From sequence record SRR22947727_2835: 54,136 bases of DNA; one strand, given 5' to 3'. Position numbers and translations under genes: made by a program. This document shows positions 38,477 through 47,219 of this stretch, piece by piece. The notes under the pieces are model-generated. The model was given only the letters and a program-made list of their open reading frames with translations, ran no database searches and was not told the DNA's origin. The stretch's first letter is position 1, and each line of letters begins with the position of its first letter.

Positions 38477-38558
38477 AAATTGATACCTTGATTTAGGGTG
38501 TTTAATAGATAAAAAAGCAAAGAATTCAATCTTTAAAACCCTATGCTATGGACTGCTC

Positions 38559-39473
38559 ATGAAGAAAATTGCCATTCTTGCTTCAGCCAACATGATGCCA
38601 TCGGCATTAACCCAGCGTGATGATTCACACGAGCGCGATGAACAGATGAAAAAATTATTGCCAGCATTCCTTTCTCAAAACATGCATTTGGATATCATAA
38701 GTTGGAAATTAGCTGCCAACCAAGCTAAGCATTATGATGCAATGCTTCCTCTTTTTGTTTGGGATTATTTTGAAGGCAATGATATAAAGTTTATTAAAGA
38801 AATGGAAAGAGTCGATAAGATAACTAATCTTTATAACTCTATTGATGTTATAAAATGGAATTCTAAAAAATCTTACTTGCAAGAGCTGGAAAAAAAGGGT
38901 GCGCCCGTAATAGAAACCATTTATGTTGATTTTGTTTCACAAACAAACATTGCTAAAGCCTTTGAAGCCCTTTCAACCGATAGGTTGGTTATAAAGCCTT
39001 TGATAGGTGCTGGAGCTTGGCGACAAGCACTTTATAAAAAAGGCGATAAGCTACCTAGCCGTAAATTATTACCACCAGGTCCTGCTATGATTCAATCTTT
39101 CCTATCAAGCGTAAGGGATGAAGGCGAATATTCATTATTGTTTTTTGGCGGCAGGTATTCCCATGCTTTAATTAAAAAGCCAAAAACAGGCGATTATAGA
39201 ATACAATCCCTTTATGGCGGAACTGAAGAAACATACCATCCAAATCAAACTGAAATAGATGTAGCGCAAAAAATTCTTAATACATTACCTTTTGAACCTC
39301 TCTACGCTCGAGTTGATCTTCTAAGGGGCAATGATGGCCAGTTAAGGCTAATAGAACTAGAAATGATTGAACCATATCTTTACCTAGCCCATTCACCAGG
39401 CCAAAAAGAAAACAACCTAGGAGCACAAAAGTTAGCCTTTGAACTGAAAAAAAAATTAATTCAAAAGCACTAA
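38559..39473 (+). CDS. ATP-grasp (RimK/glutathione synthetase-like) protein
   Basis: WDY, WNSKKSYL, VIKP, EGEYSL, DYRIQSLYGG, YARVD, ELEMIEPYLY. Confidence 0.82.
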   Translation: MKKIAILASANMMPSALTQRDDSHERDEQMKKLLPAFLSQNMHLDIISWKLAANQAKHYDAMLPLFVWDYFEGNDIKFIKEMERVDKITNLYNSIDVIKWNSKKSYLQELEKKGAPVIETIYVDFVSQTNIAKAFEALSTDRLVIKPLIGAGAWRQALYKKGDKLPSRKLLPPGPAMIQSFLSSVRDEGEYSLLFFGGRYSHALIKKPKTGDYRIQSLYGGTEETYHPNQTEIDVAQKILNTLPFEPLYARVDLLRGNDGQLRLIELEMIEPYLYLAHSPGQKENNLGAQKLAFELKKKLIQKH

Positions 39474-40180
39474 CCTTCAGGCTTTAAGATTTTTGATTTA
39501 TATGAACAGAGATCGTTGATTGGGCAATTATAGCATTTTGGTTTTCTGGCAATACAGGTATATCGGCCAAGCAAAATAAGCCAGTGATGAGCATGTTGTA
39601 TATATTCTTGACCTGTAACCCTAAGTAAGTTTAACTCTACTTCAACAGGGTCCTTACCTGGGGCCATTCCAGTTCTGTTTGACACTCGAAATATATGAGT
39701 ATCAACTGCCATGGTTGGCTGCCCAAAGTAATCATTTAAAACCACATTAGCCGTCTTTCGTCCTACTCCGGGCAGTTTTATGAGCTGCTCTCTGGTGTTG
39801 GGTACTTCTGAGTCAAACTCTTCAATTAATATTTTAGATAAAGCTACAATATTTTTAGCTTTGGTTTTGTACAGGCCAATAGTTTTAATAGACTCGCGTA
39901 TCGCATCCTCTCCTAGCTGCAACATTTTTTGAGGAGTGTCAGCCAATTCAAATAAAACCTTTGTGGCTTTATTCACACCTATATCCGTTGATTGCGCTGA
40001 TAGTGCAACAGCTACTACTAATGTGTATACGTTGGTGTAGTTAAGCTCAGTTCGTGGGGCGGGGTCTAAGTTTTTGAGGCGTTGATATATGTTATTAATT
40101 TTATTTCGATTTAATTTAGGTCTAGGCAGATTTTTATATGGCTTTTCTTTAGGGAGCATAATATCATTTTTTCTGATCAA
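39470..40180 (-). CDS. nth: Endonuclease III
   Basis: LSAQSTD, LPGVGRKTANVV, VDTH, C-X6-C-X2-C-X5-C; start may be 40159. Confidence 0.96.
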   Translation of the reverse strand: MIRKNDIMLPKEKPYKNLPRPKLNRNKINNIYQRLKNLDPAPRTELNYTNVYTLVVAVALSAQSTDIGVNKATKVLFELADTPQKMLQLGEDAIRESIKTIGLYKTKAKNIVALSKILIEEFDSEVPNTREQLIKLPGVGRKTANVVLNDYFGQPTMAVDTHIFRVSNRTGMAPGKDPVEVELNLLRVTGQEYIQHAHHWLILLGRYTCIARKPKCYNCPINDLCSYKSKILKPEG

Positions 40181-40712
40181 TACGCTTGATCATCATTTCA
40201 CACATTTTTTCTGCGAAATTTAGGGCGGGTTGGGATATTAAATTGCCATCACTGTCTAGGGAAGAGGCGGCATTACCGCAGCCTACTTGCTGACTTAAGA
40301 CCTCGCCACCTAAGCGGTTCAAAATAAAGTTTAATTGTCTCATACACATAATGCCGCTCATGGGGCCCGGAGTGGCTGAAGCAATTCCCCAAATAGCATT
40401 TTTAATATAATCAATACTGTCAGCGCTAGTCCAGTCTATCATATTCTTAAGAAGGGGGGGAAGACAGCCATTATACTCAGGTGTTGTGATAACAATTCCA
40501 TCGAAAGTCTCCAATAATTTAGTCAGTGATTTAACATTTTCTGGGATTTTGAGGTCTCCGTGAAAAATAGGCATTTGGAATTCATTTAAATTAATAACAT
40601 GTGTTTTTGCTCCTTTTTTCTCGAACAAACGTATCATACCACTTTCAAGTTTTTTATTAATTGATTCTTTTCTCAGGGAAGCACAAATAAAAGCAATTTT
40701 AGGAGTATTCAT
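40164..40712 (-). CDS. NADPH-dependent FMN reductase family
   Basis: SLRKESINK, TPEYNG, LLKNMIDW. Confidence 0.9.
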   Translation of the reverse strand: MNTPKIAFICASLRKESINKKLESGMIRLFEKKGAKTHVINLNEFQMPIFHGDLKIPENVKSLTKLLETFDGIVITTPEYNGCLPPLLKNMIDWTSADSIDYIKNAIWGIASATPGPMSGIMCMRQLNFILNRLGGEVLSQQVGCGNAASSLDSDGNLISQPALNFAEKMCEMMIKRIDQKK

Positions 40713-40804
40713 TATATGGCCTTGTATTAAATATTTTAGTATTAAACTTAATGATTTTTACAATATTGCTTGCTTGGTAAGAATACCACACCTATTTATA
40801 ACAT

Positions 40805-41278
40805 ATGCAGTCATTTAGCGGAATTTCTTTTTTATGGGCAACATTCTTGTTGGCTATACTAGGGACTATTTACGCCTTTGCTTATTTTTTATTAACTCAT
40901 AAAGTCTCTAAGGATGCAGAATCTGATTATTTGTATAAAACTAAAAATGGAATGATTGATAAGTCTATTAATAAAGAAGATTATATAAATCTGTTTATTC
41001 AGCAGCATAAGCCTAGGAAATTTTTATATATCGCGATAGGTTCTTTTTCCATATTAATCTTAACGTGGCCAATTATGGCGATAATATCTTATTCCTTGGA
41101 GTGCCTTTATCAATTTACAGGACGAAACCGTGTGTTCGAACCAGGGTTTTTAGTTTGGCAGTTTTGTATATTTTTTGGTATTATTTTATCGTGGGCTAGT
41201 TTGGCATATTTGATTGTCACCTTGTATTATAAAAGAGCTCCTAATTCATTAGTTTTCAAAAAAAGCGAAAAAAAATAG
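40805..41278 (+). CDS. Hypothetical membrane protein (about 3 TM)
   Basis: 157-aa ORF filling the gap, three hydrophobic segments; family not recognised. Confidence 0.7.
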   Translation: MQSFSGISFLWATFLLAILGTIYAFAYFLLTHKVSKDAESDYLYKTKNGMIDKSINKEDYINLFIQQHKPRKFLYIAIGSFSILILTWPIMAIISYSLECLYQFTGRNRVFEPGFLVWQFCIFFGIILSWASLAYLIVTLYYKRAPNSLVFKKSEKK

Positions 41279-41349
41279 GGCAGAAGAAGTAATTTCCCTA
41301 CTTAAATTTTATAGTTAAATAATAACTTATATCACTAAAGGGTAAAAAA

Positions 41350-41832
41350 GTGAACTTTTTACATACAATGCTTAGAGTAACAAATATTGAGGAAAGCTTA
41401 GATTTTTATTGCGGAGGCCTTGGCCTGAAAGAATTAAATCGATATGAAAATGAAGAAGGCCGTTTTACCCTTTTGTTTTTAGCAAGTGAAGAAGATATTG
41501 AGAGAGTAGATATTACTAATAACGAAAATGTACTTACTGTTGGCCTTCCTATGATCGAATTAACTTTTAATTAGACCCAAGAGGGCTCTGACGCTGAGAT
41601 TCTCAAAGGCGGCCGAAATTTTGGGCATCTAGCCTACCAAGTTGATAATATTTATGACACCTGCGAAAGACTTTTAAAGAAAGGGGTAACAATAAACCGC
41701 CCTCCAAGAGATGGAAGAATGGCTTTTGTGAAAAGTCCAGATGAAGTTTCAATTGAGTTATTGCAGAAAGGAAAGGGCCTTCCAATAAAAAAAACCTGGT
41801 CAAAAATGGAAAACTCCGGTGAATGGCAATAA
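41350..41832 (+). pseudogene. gloA: Lactoylglutathione lyase (glyoxalase I) with an in-frame TAG at 41572-41574
   Basis: FLHTMLRV...GRFTLLFL...ELTFN*TQ...[16 protein letters not shown]...[22 protein letters not shown]...GEWQ*; the frame is intact across the TAG. Confidence 0.88.
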
Positions 41833-41833
41833 A

Positions 41834-42652
41834 CTATAAATCGATATTTAAAACATCTTTCATTGAATATACCCCCGGCTTTTTTTTATGTGCCCAAAGA
41901 GCTGCGTTAACGGCGCCTTTTGCGAAGACATCTCTATCAAAGGCATCATGTTTTAAGGTGATCATTTCTTGATCGTTTGCAATTCTTACTTCATGTTCAC
42001 CAATTACACCGCCACCTCTAAGAACAGCGAACCCGATCTCTCCCTCTCTTCTAGTGCTAGAATGTGACGCCCTAGATGTATACATCTTTTTTTCCAGCTT
42101 CACCCTTCGTCCTTCGGCAACAGCTTCGCCCAACATAAGAGCAGTTCCGCTGGGTGCGTCTCTCTTTCTTTTGTGATGCATTTCAAGGATCTCAACATCC
42201 CATTTGTGATTTAATTTTTCGGAAGCAATTTTTACCAGAGCCTTTAGCATATTAATACCCGGTGAAAAATTACCCGATCTCAATACAGTATGACCTTTGC
42301 TTTCCCTCCAGAATTTTTTTTCTTGTTTTTCGCTATAACCAGTAGTTCCTGTTATTATAGTATTGCATCTAGATTCTTTCATTAAGGAGAGCGTTTTCAA
42401 TGTGGCTTCAGGTTGGGAGAAATCAATTATTATATCGCATAAATTAAGGCCCTCATTAATATTAGTTGAAAGCATTAGGCCAATAGGTTCAAGATTTGCA
42501 GTCTTATGGGCATCTTTACCTACATTAGGTGAGTTATGAGAAGTAATGGCAACCTTTAAACAAAGTTGCGGGTCTGCTTTTAAGGCTCGCATCACTGCTT
42601 GGCCCATTCTTCCATCAGCCCCTAGAATTCCAATATCTATTTTTTCGTTCAT
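41834..42652 (-). CDS. dapB: 4-hydroxy-tetrahydrodipicolinate reductase
   Basis: GADGRMG, IDFS, GTTG, EMHHKRKRDAPSGTAL, FAKGA. Confidence 0.96.
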   Translation of the reverse strand: MNEKIDIGILGADGRMGQAVMRALKADPQLCLKVAITSHNSPNVGKDAHKTANLEPIGLMLSTNINEGLNLCDIIIDFSQPEATLKTLSLMKESRCNTIITGTTGYSEKQEKKFWRESKGHTVLRSGNFSPGINMLKALVKIASEKLNHKWDVEILEMHHKRKRDAPSGTALMLGEAVAEGRRVKLEKKMYTSRASHSSTRREGEIGFAVLRGGGVIGEHEVRIANDQEMITLKHDAFDRDVFAKGAVNAALWAHKKKPGVYSMKDVLNIDL

Positions 42653-42741
42653 ATATATCTATGTAACGACCAAGCCTAAGCCGCGCAATTTAAATATTAG
42701 CAACTAGTTGAATATTTTTATAATTTGGATAAGTTTGCATT

Positions 42742-43116
42742 ATGAAATATTTTAATTATTGTAACAGTATTTTTTATATAGCTTATGGACTTTTTGGAGC
42801 TTTTGCTCCCCAATCCCTTGCAGGTGCATTGGGTTGGAGTCTTACACAATTAGGCCAGCACGAAATGCGGGCTTATTGTCTTTCTATATCAGCATTTGGT
42901 ATTATTATGTTTTTGGCCACCAAAAAAAGTACTGATCAAAAAACCATTTTAAAATCGATTATATTTATAACCTTATCTTTTTTGACGGGCAGAATATTAG
43001 GTCTTTTATTAGACGGATCTGGGCCTATTCAGACTTATATGGAAATAATATTTGAAATAGCCCTAATAACTTTAGGGTTATTTTTGCTAAAACGAACAAA
43101 AGAAATGGTCTTTTAG
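42742..43116 (+). CDS. Small membrane protein, DUF4345-like
   Basis: Four hydrophobic segments, EMRAY and GRILGLLLDG motifs. Confidence 0.6.
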   Translation: MKYFNYCNSIFYIAYGLFGAFAPQSLAGALGWSLTQLGQHEMRAYCLSISAFGIIMFLATKKSTDQKTILKSIIFITLSFLTGRILGLLLDGSGPIQTYMEIIFEIALITLGLFLLKRTKEMVF

Positions 43117-43120
43117 AAGT

Positions 43121-43657
43121 TTACCTTGGCGCAAGTACCATAGTCATCATGCGGCCTTCAGTCTTTGGTTCAAACTCTACTTTAGCTGTGTCTTCAAAGT
43201 CTTCTTTGACTTGTGCTAATAATATCATACCGCGATCCATATGTGCCATTTCTCTACCGCGGAAACGCACGGTGACTTTTACTTTATCACCACGATCAAA
43301 AAATTTCATCATTGCTTTTGCTTTTACCTGATAGTCATGTGTGTCAATATTTGGCCGCATTTTAATTTCTTTGATTGTAGTAGTCCTTTGATTTTTTCGG
43401 TTAGCTGCCTTTTTTTTCTGGTTTTCAAACCGTAATTTACCATAATCAAGAACTTTACAAACAGGAGTTTCACCTGGTGCAACTTCAACTAAATCTAAAC
43501 CAACAGACCGAGCGGCAGAAATTGCTTCGTCAAGTGACACAACACCGCGTTTTTCACCTGTTTCCGTAATGAGAAGTACTTGTGAGTTTGTGATTTCACG
43601 ATTAGTTCGTGGACCTTTGGGTTTTTTTGGTGCTGCTGCTAGTGGGCGTTTTGCGAT
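43121..43657 (-). CDS. infC: Translation initiation factor IF-3 (ATC start)
   Basis: LDLVEV, CKVLDYGK, KEIKMRPNIDTHDY, FRGRE; frame extends 39 codons past the track start to an ATC 8 nt after AGGAG. Confidence 0.93.
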   Translation of the reverse strand: MAKRPLAAAPKKPKGPRTNREITNSQVLLITETGEKRGVVSLDEAISAARSVGLDLVEVAPGETPVCKVLDYGKLRFENQKKKAANRKNQRTTTIKEIKMRPNIDTHDYQVKAKAMMKFFDRGDKVKVTVRFRGREMAHMDRGMILLAQVKEDFEDTAKVEFEPKTEGRMMTMVLAPR

Positions 43658-43709
43658 GCTAAATTCTCCTAATAATGTTAAGCACTCACAATATGGACGC
43701 CATTGTATC

Positions 43710-44816
43710 TTATTTCAAGAGCTGTTTATATACGTTAAGCGTTTTTGATTTAAGATTCTGAGTTGAAAATTGTGTTTTAATATGTGAACGCGCAAAATTT
43801 CCATCATAATTGTTCCATGCGTTAGCTTTTTTTATTCCCTTGGCGAGCGCTATGGGGTCATTTGGCGGCACAAGAAATCCCGTTTTTTTATCTAAAACTG
43901 TCTGGAGTGAACCACCATGGGCTGTGGCAACGACAGGCTTTTGCATGGCCTGAGCTTCTATCATAACGCGTCCAAAGGCTTCTGGATCGGTTGAGGCTGA
44001 AATTACTATGTTTGCTGCAGCAATAGCTGACGTAACATCTGTTCGGTGCTCTGAAATAACAAATTGTTTTTTTAAATTAAGTTTAGCTACTCTAGAGTAA
44101 ATTTTATTTTTATACTTATCTCGTCCCTGCGTATCCCCCATTAGCACTAATGTATAATCATTTGGCAAATATCTTAGGGCTTCTACGGCGATTAATTGTC
44201 CTTTCCAATTTGTTAAGCGCCCCGGCAGTAGAATTATTTTATTTTCAGCAGGTATTTCCCACTCGTCTAGTACCTCTTTTACTTTTTTCTTTAATACTTT
44301 TTTTGGATTAAATATATTCATGTCCACACCCCGTGGTATCACAGTAATTTTTCTAGGAGAAATTTTGTGTTTGTTGACTATATGGTTTTTAGTAAATTTT
44401 GAGTTCGCAATTATATGTTCGCCTTTAGTCATAATTGAGTTATATTGATCTTTAAACCATGAGTTACTGTTATATATTCCGTGATAGGTCGTTATGAAGG
44501 GTATTCCTTCTGCTTTCGCAGCATAATAGGCCACCCATGCCGGTGCACGGGAGCGCGCATGAACTAACTGGATACCGTGTAGTTTGATAATTTTTCTTAA
44601 AAAACCTATTCTATAAAAAATAGATAGTATGTTTTTTGAACCAATGTTTGTTATATGCAATTTTGTACCTAATTGTAAAAATTCTTCCTCAAGACGCCCC
44701 CCTCTTGTTATAACATGGGTTTCATAACCTTTATTTGACAAGGCCTCTGCAATTTCTAGTGTAGTTTTCTCTACACCTCCGGCATTGAGTTCTGGGACTA
44801 CTTGAAGCACAATCAT
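43710..44816 (-). CDS. GT4 family glycosyltransferase
   Basis: QVVPELNAGGVE, HARSRAPAW, TTYHG, PGRLTNWKGQ, PEAFGRVMIEAQAM. Confidence 0.92.
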   Translation of the reverse strand: MIVLQVVPELNAGGVEKTTLEIAEALSNKGYETHVITRGGRLEEEFLQLGTKLHITNIGSKNILSIFYRIGFLRKIIKLHGIQLVHARSRAPAWVAYYAAKAEGIPFITTYHGIYNSNSWFKDQYNSIMTKGEHIIANSKFTKNHIVNKHKISPRKITVIPRGVDMNIFNPKKVLKKKVKEVLDEWEIPAENKIILLPGRLTNWKGQLIAVEALRYLPNDYTLVLMGDTQGRDKYKNKIYSRVAKLNLKKQFVISEHRTDVTSAIAAANIVISASTDPEAFGRVMIEAQAMQKPVVATAHGGSLQTVLDKKTGFLVPPNDPIALAKGIKKANAWNNYDGNFARSHIKTQFSTQNLKSKTLNVYKQLLK

Positions 44817-44845
44817 ATTTATAAACTCCCATAAGGATCTCTCAG

Positions 44846-45610
44846 ATGCAAGATGAAGTATTGATTAATTATTTGCCTTCACAAGGTGAAAAAAAGATAG
44901 CCTATAAATACAATAAGGGAGTAGGCCCAACCGTTCTCTGGTGCGGTGGATTGAAGTCCAGCATGGATGGGGGTAAAGCAACTTACTTACATAATTGGGC
45001 TATCAAAAAAAATTATAACTTTATTAGATTTGATTATTTTGGCCATGGTGCTAGCGATGGAAACTTCCGGGACGGTACTATCACTATCTGGACTGATAAC
45101 ATTATAACGGTTATTGATAAATTAATTGATAAAGATGTAATCCTGGCGGGGTCCTCTATGGGGGGCTGGACTTCAATTTTAGCGGCTATTGCCAGAAGAA
45201 ATAAAGTTAAGGGCCTTTTTTTAATTGCGCCAGCGCCTGATTTTACACAAAGGTTAGTTTGGGATCAGTGGACTGATGAGCAGAAGCAAGAATCTTTAGC
45301 AGGGAAAAGCATTTTTGTTCCATCAGGCTATGATGAAGATTATGAATATAGCTCTCGGTTAATTTCTGATGGAAAAGATAACATGATATTGGACAATAAA
45401 ATTGATCTCGAAATACCCATTAGAATTTTACAAGGTATGAAAGATGAGGTGGTTCCTTGGGAGTACTCATATAAGATATTAGAGGCCGTAAAAAGTAAAA
45501 AAGTAACATATACTTTAATAAAGAATGGAGACCACAGTCTGTCTACTCCAGCTGACCTTAGCCGCTTAAGCTCTGAGCTACAGAGCCTACTAAAGAACAT
45601 TGATGCATAA
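44846..45610 (+). CDS. Alpha/beta hydrolase
   Basis: RFDYFGHG, GSSMGG nucleophile elbow, QGMKDEVVP, GDHSLS. Confidence 0.92.
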   Translation: MQDEVLINYLPSQGEKKIAYKYNKGVGPTVLWCGGLKSSMDGGKATYLHNWAIKKNYNFIRFDYFGHGASDGNFRDGTITIWTDNIITVIDKLIDKDVILAGSSMGGWTSILAAIARRNKVKGLFLIAPAPDFTQRLVWDQWTDEQKQESLAGKSIFVPSGYDEDYEYSSRLISDGKDNMILDNKIDLEIPIRILQGMKDEVVPWEYSYKILEAVKSKKVTYTLIKNGDHSLSTPADLSRLSSELQSLLKNIDA

Positions 45611-45615
45611 TAAGC

Positions 45616-46503
45616 ATGGCCAGAAGAAACAAATATGATTTAATGTCACTCGAAGATTTGAGTTATAAATCTATAAGACGATTTTTATTAAAGTTATTTG
45701 ATGAGCATGGTTATGATACCCCTGGCTTAGATGCAAAAATATTAATTATGGATGCTTCCCAGCTATCTCATGCAGATTTACTGGTTGAAAGCTCTACAAT
45801 CCCTGAAACAAGGGTTATAAAAAAAATAAACGAATATATGAATAAACGCATTAAAGGCGAGCCAGTTGATAAAATTATAGGGTATAAGGAGTTTTATGGA
45901 AGAAAGTATAAAGTTAGTAAAAATGTTTTGTCCCCACGACCCGATACGGAGACATTGGTAGACCTCGCTTTAGACGAAATTAATAAATCAGGAAGCAAAA
46001 CTGTATTAGAGCTTGGTACAGGTACAGGTTCAGTAATAATATCAATTATATTAGAGAAAAAAGGCGTAATTGCCACAGCAGTTGATATATCAGATGATGC
46101 TTTAAAAATTGCAAAATATAATGCTGGAGTTTATTCTGTAAGCAAACGTATAAACTTTTTTAAAAGCTCATGGTTTGAAACGGTGTCTGGAACTTATGAT
46201 GTTATAATTTCAAACCCCCCATATATATCCAAAATGGAAATGGGCTTGCTAAGCCCTGAGGTTAGTAAATTTGATCCATTTATATCATTATATGGAGGAG
46301 AGGATGGATTGGCGGCATATAGAGAGATAATAAATAAGGCAGGGTCATATCTAAACCCAAAGGGGGTAGTTATATTTGAAATTGGCTACCTACAGGCTGA
46401 GGCCGTTACTAAATTACTATTAGAAGAAGGATTTATAAATATTTCAGTATCAAAGGACATGTCGGGAAATAATAGAGTAATAAAAGCATATAAAAGTAAA
46501 TAA
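45616..46503 (+). CDS. prmC: Release factor glutamine methyltransferase PrmC (HemK)
   Basis: GEP, PRPDTE, ELGTGTG, SNPPY, GGEDGL, EIG. Confidence 0.95.
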   Translation: MARRNKYDLMSLEDLSYKSIRRFLLKLFDEHGYDTPGLDAKILIMDASQLSHADLLVESSTIPETRVIKKINEYMNKRIKGEPVDKIIGYKEFYGRKYKVSKNVLSPRPDTETLVDLALDEINKSGSKTVLELGTGTGSVIISIILEKKGVIATAVDISDDALKIAKYNAGVYSVSKRINFFKSSWFETVSGTYDVIISNPPYISKMEMGLLSPEVSKFDPFISLYGGEDGLAAYREIINKAGSYLNPKGVVIFEIGYLQAEAVTKLLLEEGFINISVSKDMSGNNRVIKAYKSK

Positions 46504-46637
46504 AAAAAGCTTTCCCTTTTGAAATAGCTTTGCTAGTAACATATTGTGAGAAGTTTGAGGCTTAGTAGCCCCCTCACTAGCCCAAAATTGAGAAGCCATT
46601 GCAAAACTGCAGGCTTAGGGAGTTTAAGGACGTAAAC

Positions 46638-47162
46638 ATGAAACGCCAACGTGGCCGCAATCGCAATAATAATAACAGAAGCAATAACACAAACCCTAAT
46701 AGGTCATTGGATAGTAATGGGCCTGGTGTAAAGGTTCGTGGAAATGTCAGTACTATCTATGAGAAATATTCAGCTTTGGCGCGTGATGCTCAAAGCTCTG
46801 GAAATAGAGTAAATGCTGAAAACTTAAAACAACATGCGGAGCATTACTTGAGACTAATGAATGAAATGGAAACTGCTAGAGTTGCCGCTCAAGCTGAACG
46901 AGATGCTCAAAGAGTCCAAAGAAATGAAACCGAATCTAGTGGCGAAGAGATTATTGATAGCAAAACAGGTAGGGCTCAAAGCAAGAAACGGAACTCAATA
47001 GTAGACAATATGGCAGTATTGGAATCTGATGAATCTTTAGAGGAGTCGCCGGAAGGTAATCAAGAACAAGGATCTGCTTCAATGGATGAAAACCCTCCCC
47101 GGAGAAGACGTAAAGCTCCCCCAAGAAAAAAAACAGAACCAGTCTCTGATGCTGCAGAGTAA
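46638..47162 (+). CDS. DUF4167-like protein
   Basis: MKRQRGRN...LDSNGPGVKVRG...YEKY..LARDA...ENLKQHAEHYLR with a charged low-complexity tail; usual position after prmC. Confidence 0.85.
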   Translation: MKRQRGRNRNNNNRSNNTNPNRSLDSNGPGVKVRGNVSTIYEKYSALARDAQSSGNRVNAENLKQHAEHYLRLMNEMETARVAAQAERDAQRVQRNETESSGEEIIDSKTGRAQSKKRNSIVDNMAVLESDESLEESPEGNQEQGSASMDENPPRRRRKAPPRKKTEPVSDAAE

Positions 47163-47219
47163 GCATGCGTAAGTACTATATTTTTCATGAGCTCTATTAA
47201 TTTAATATAGTTCTAGATA

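Noticed and set aside
41572..41574. Genome-wide amber recoding or pyrrolysine use
   Set aside because: TAG ends pstS, GH10, secB and hslU at plausible C-termini, and no pyl genes are in the window.
46661..46700. AAT/AAC-rich low-complexity stretch
   Set aside because: It only encodes the Asn-rich N-terminus of the DUF4167-like protein.
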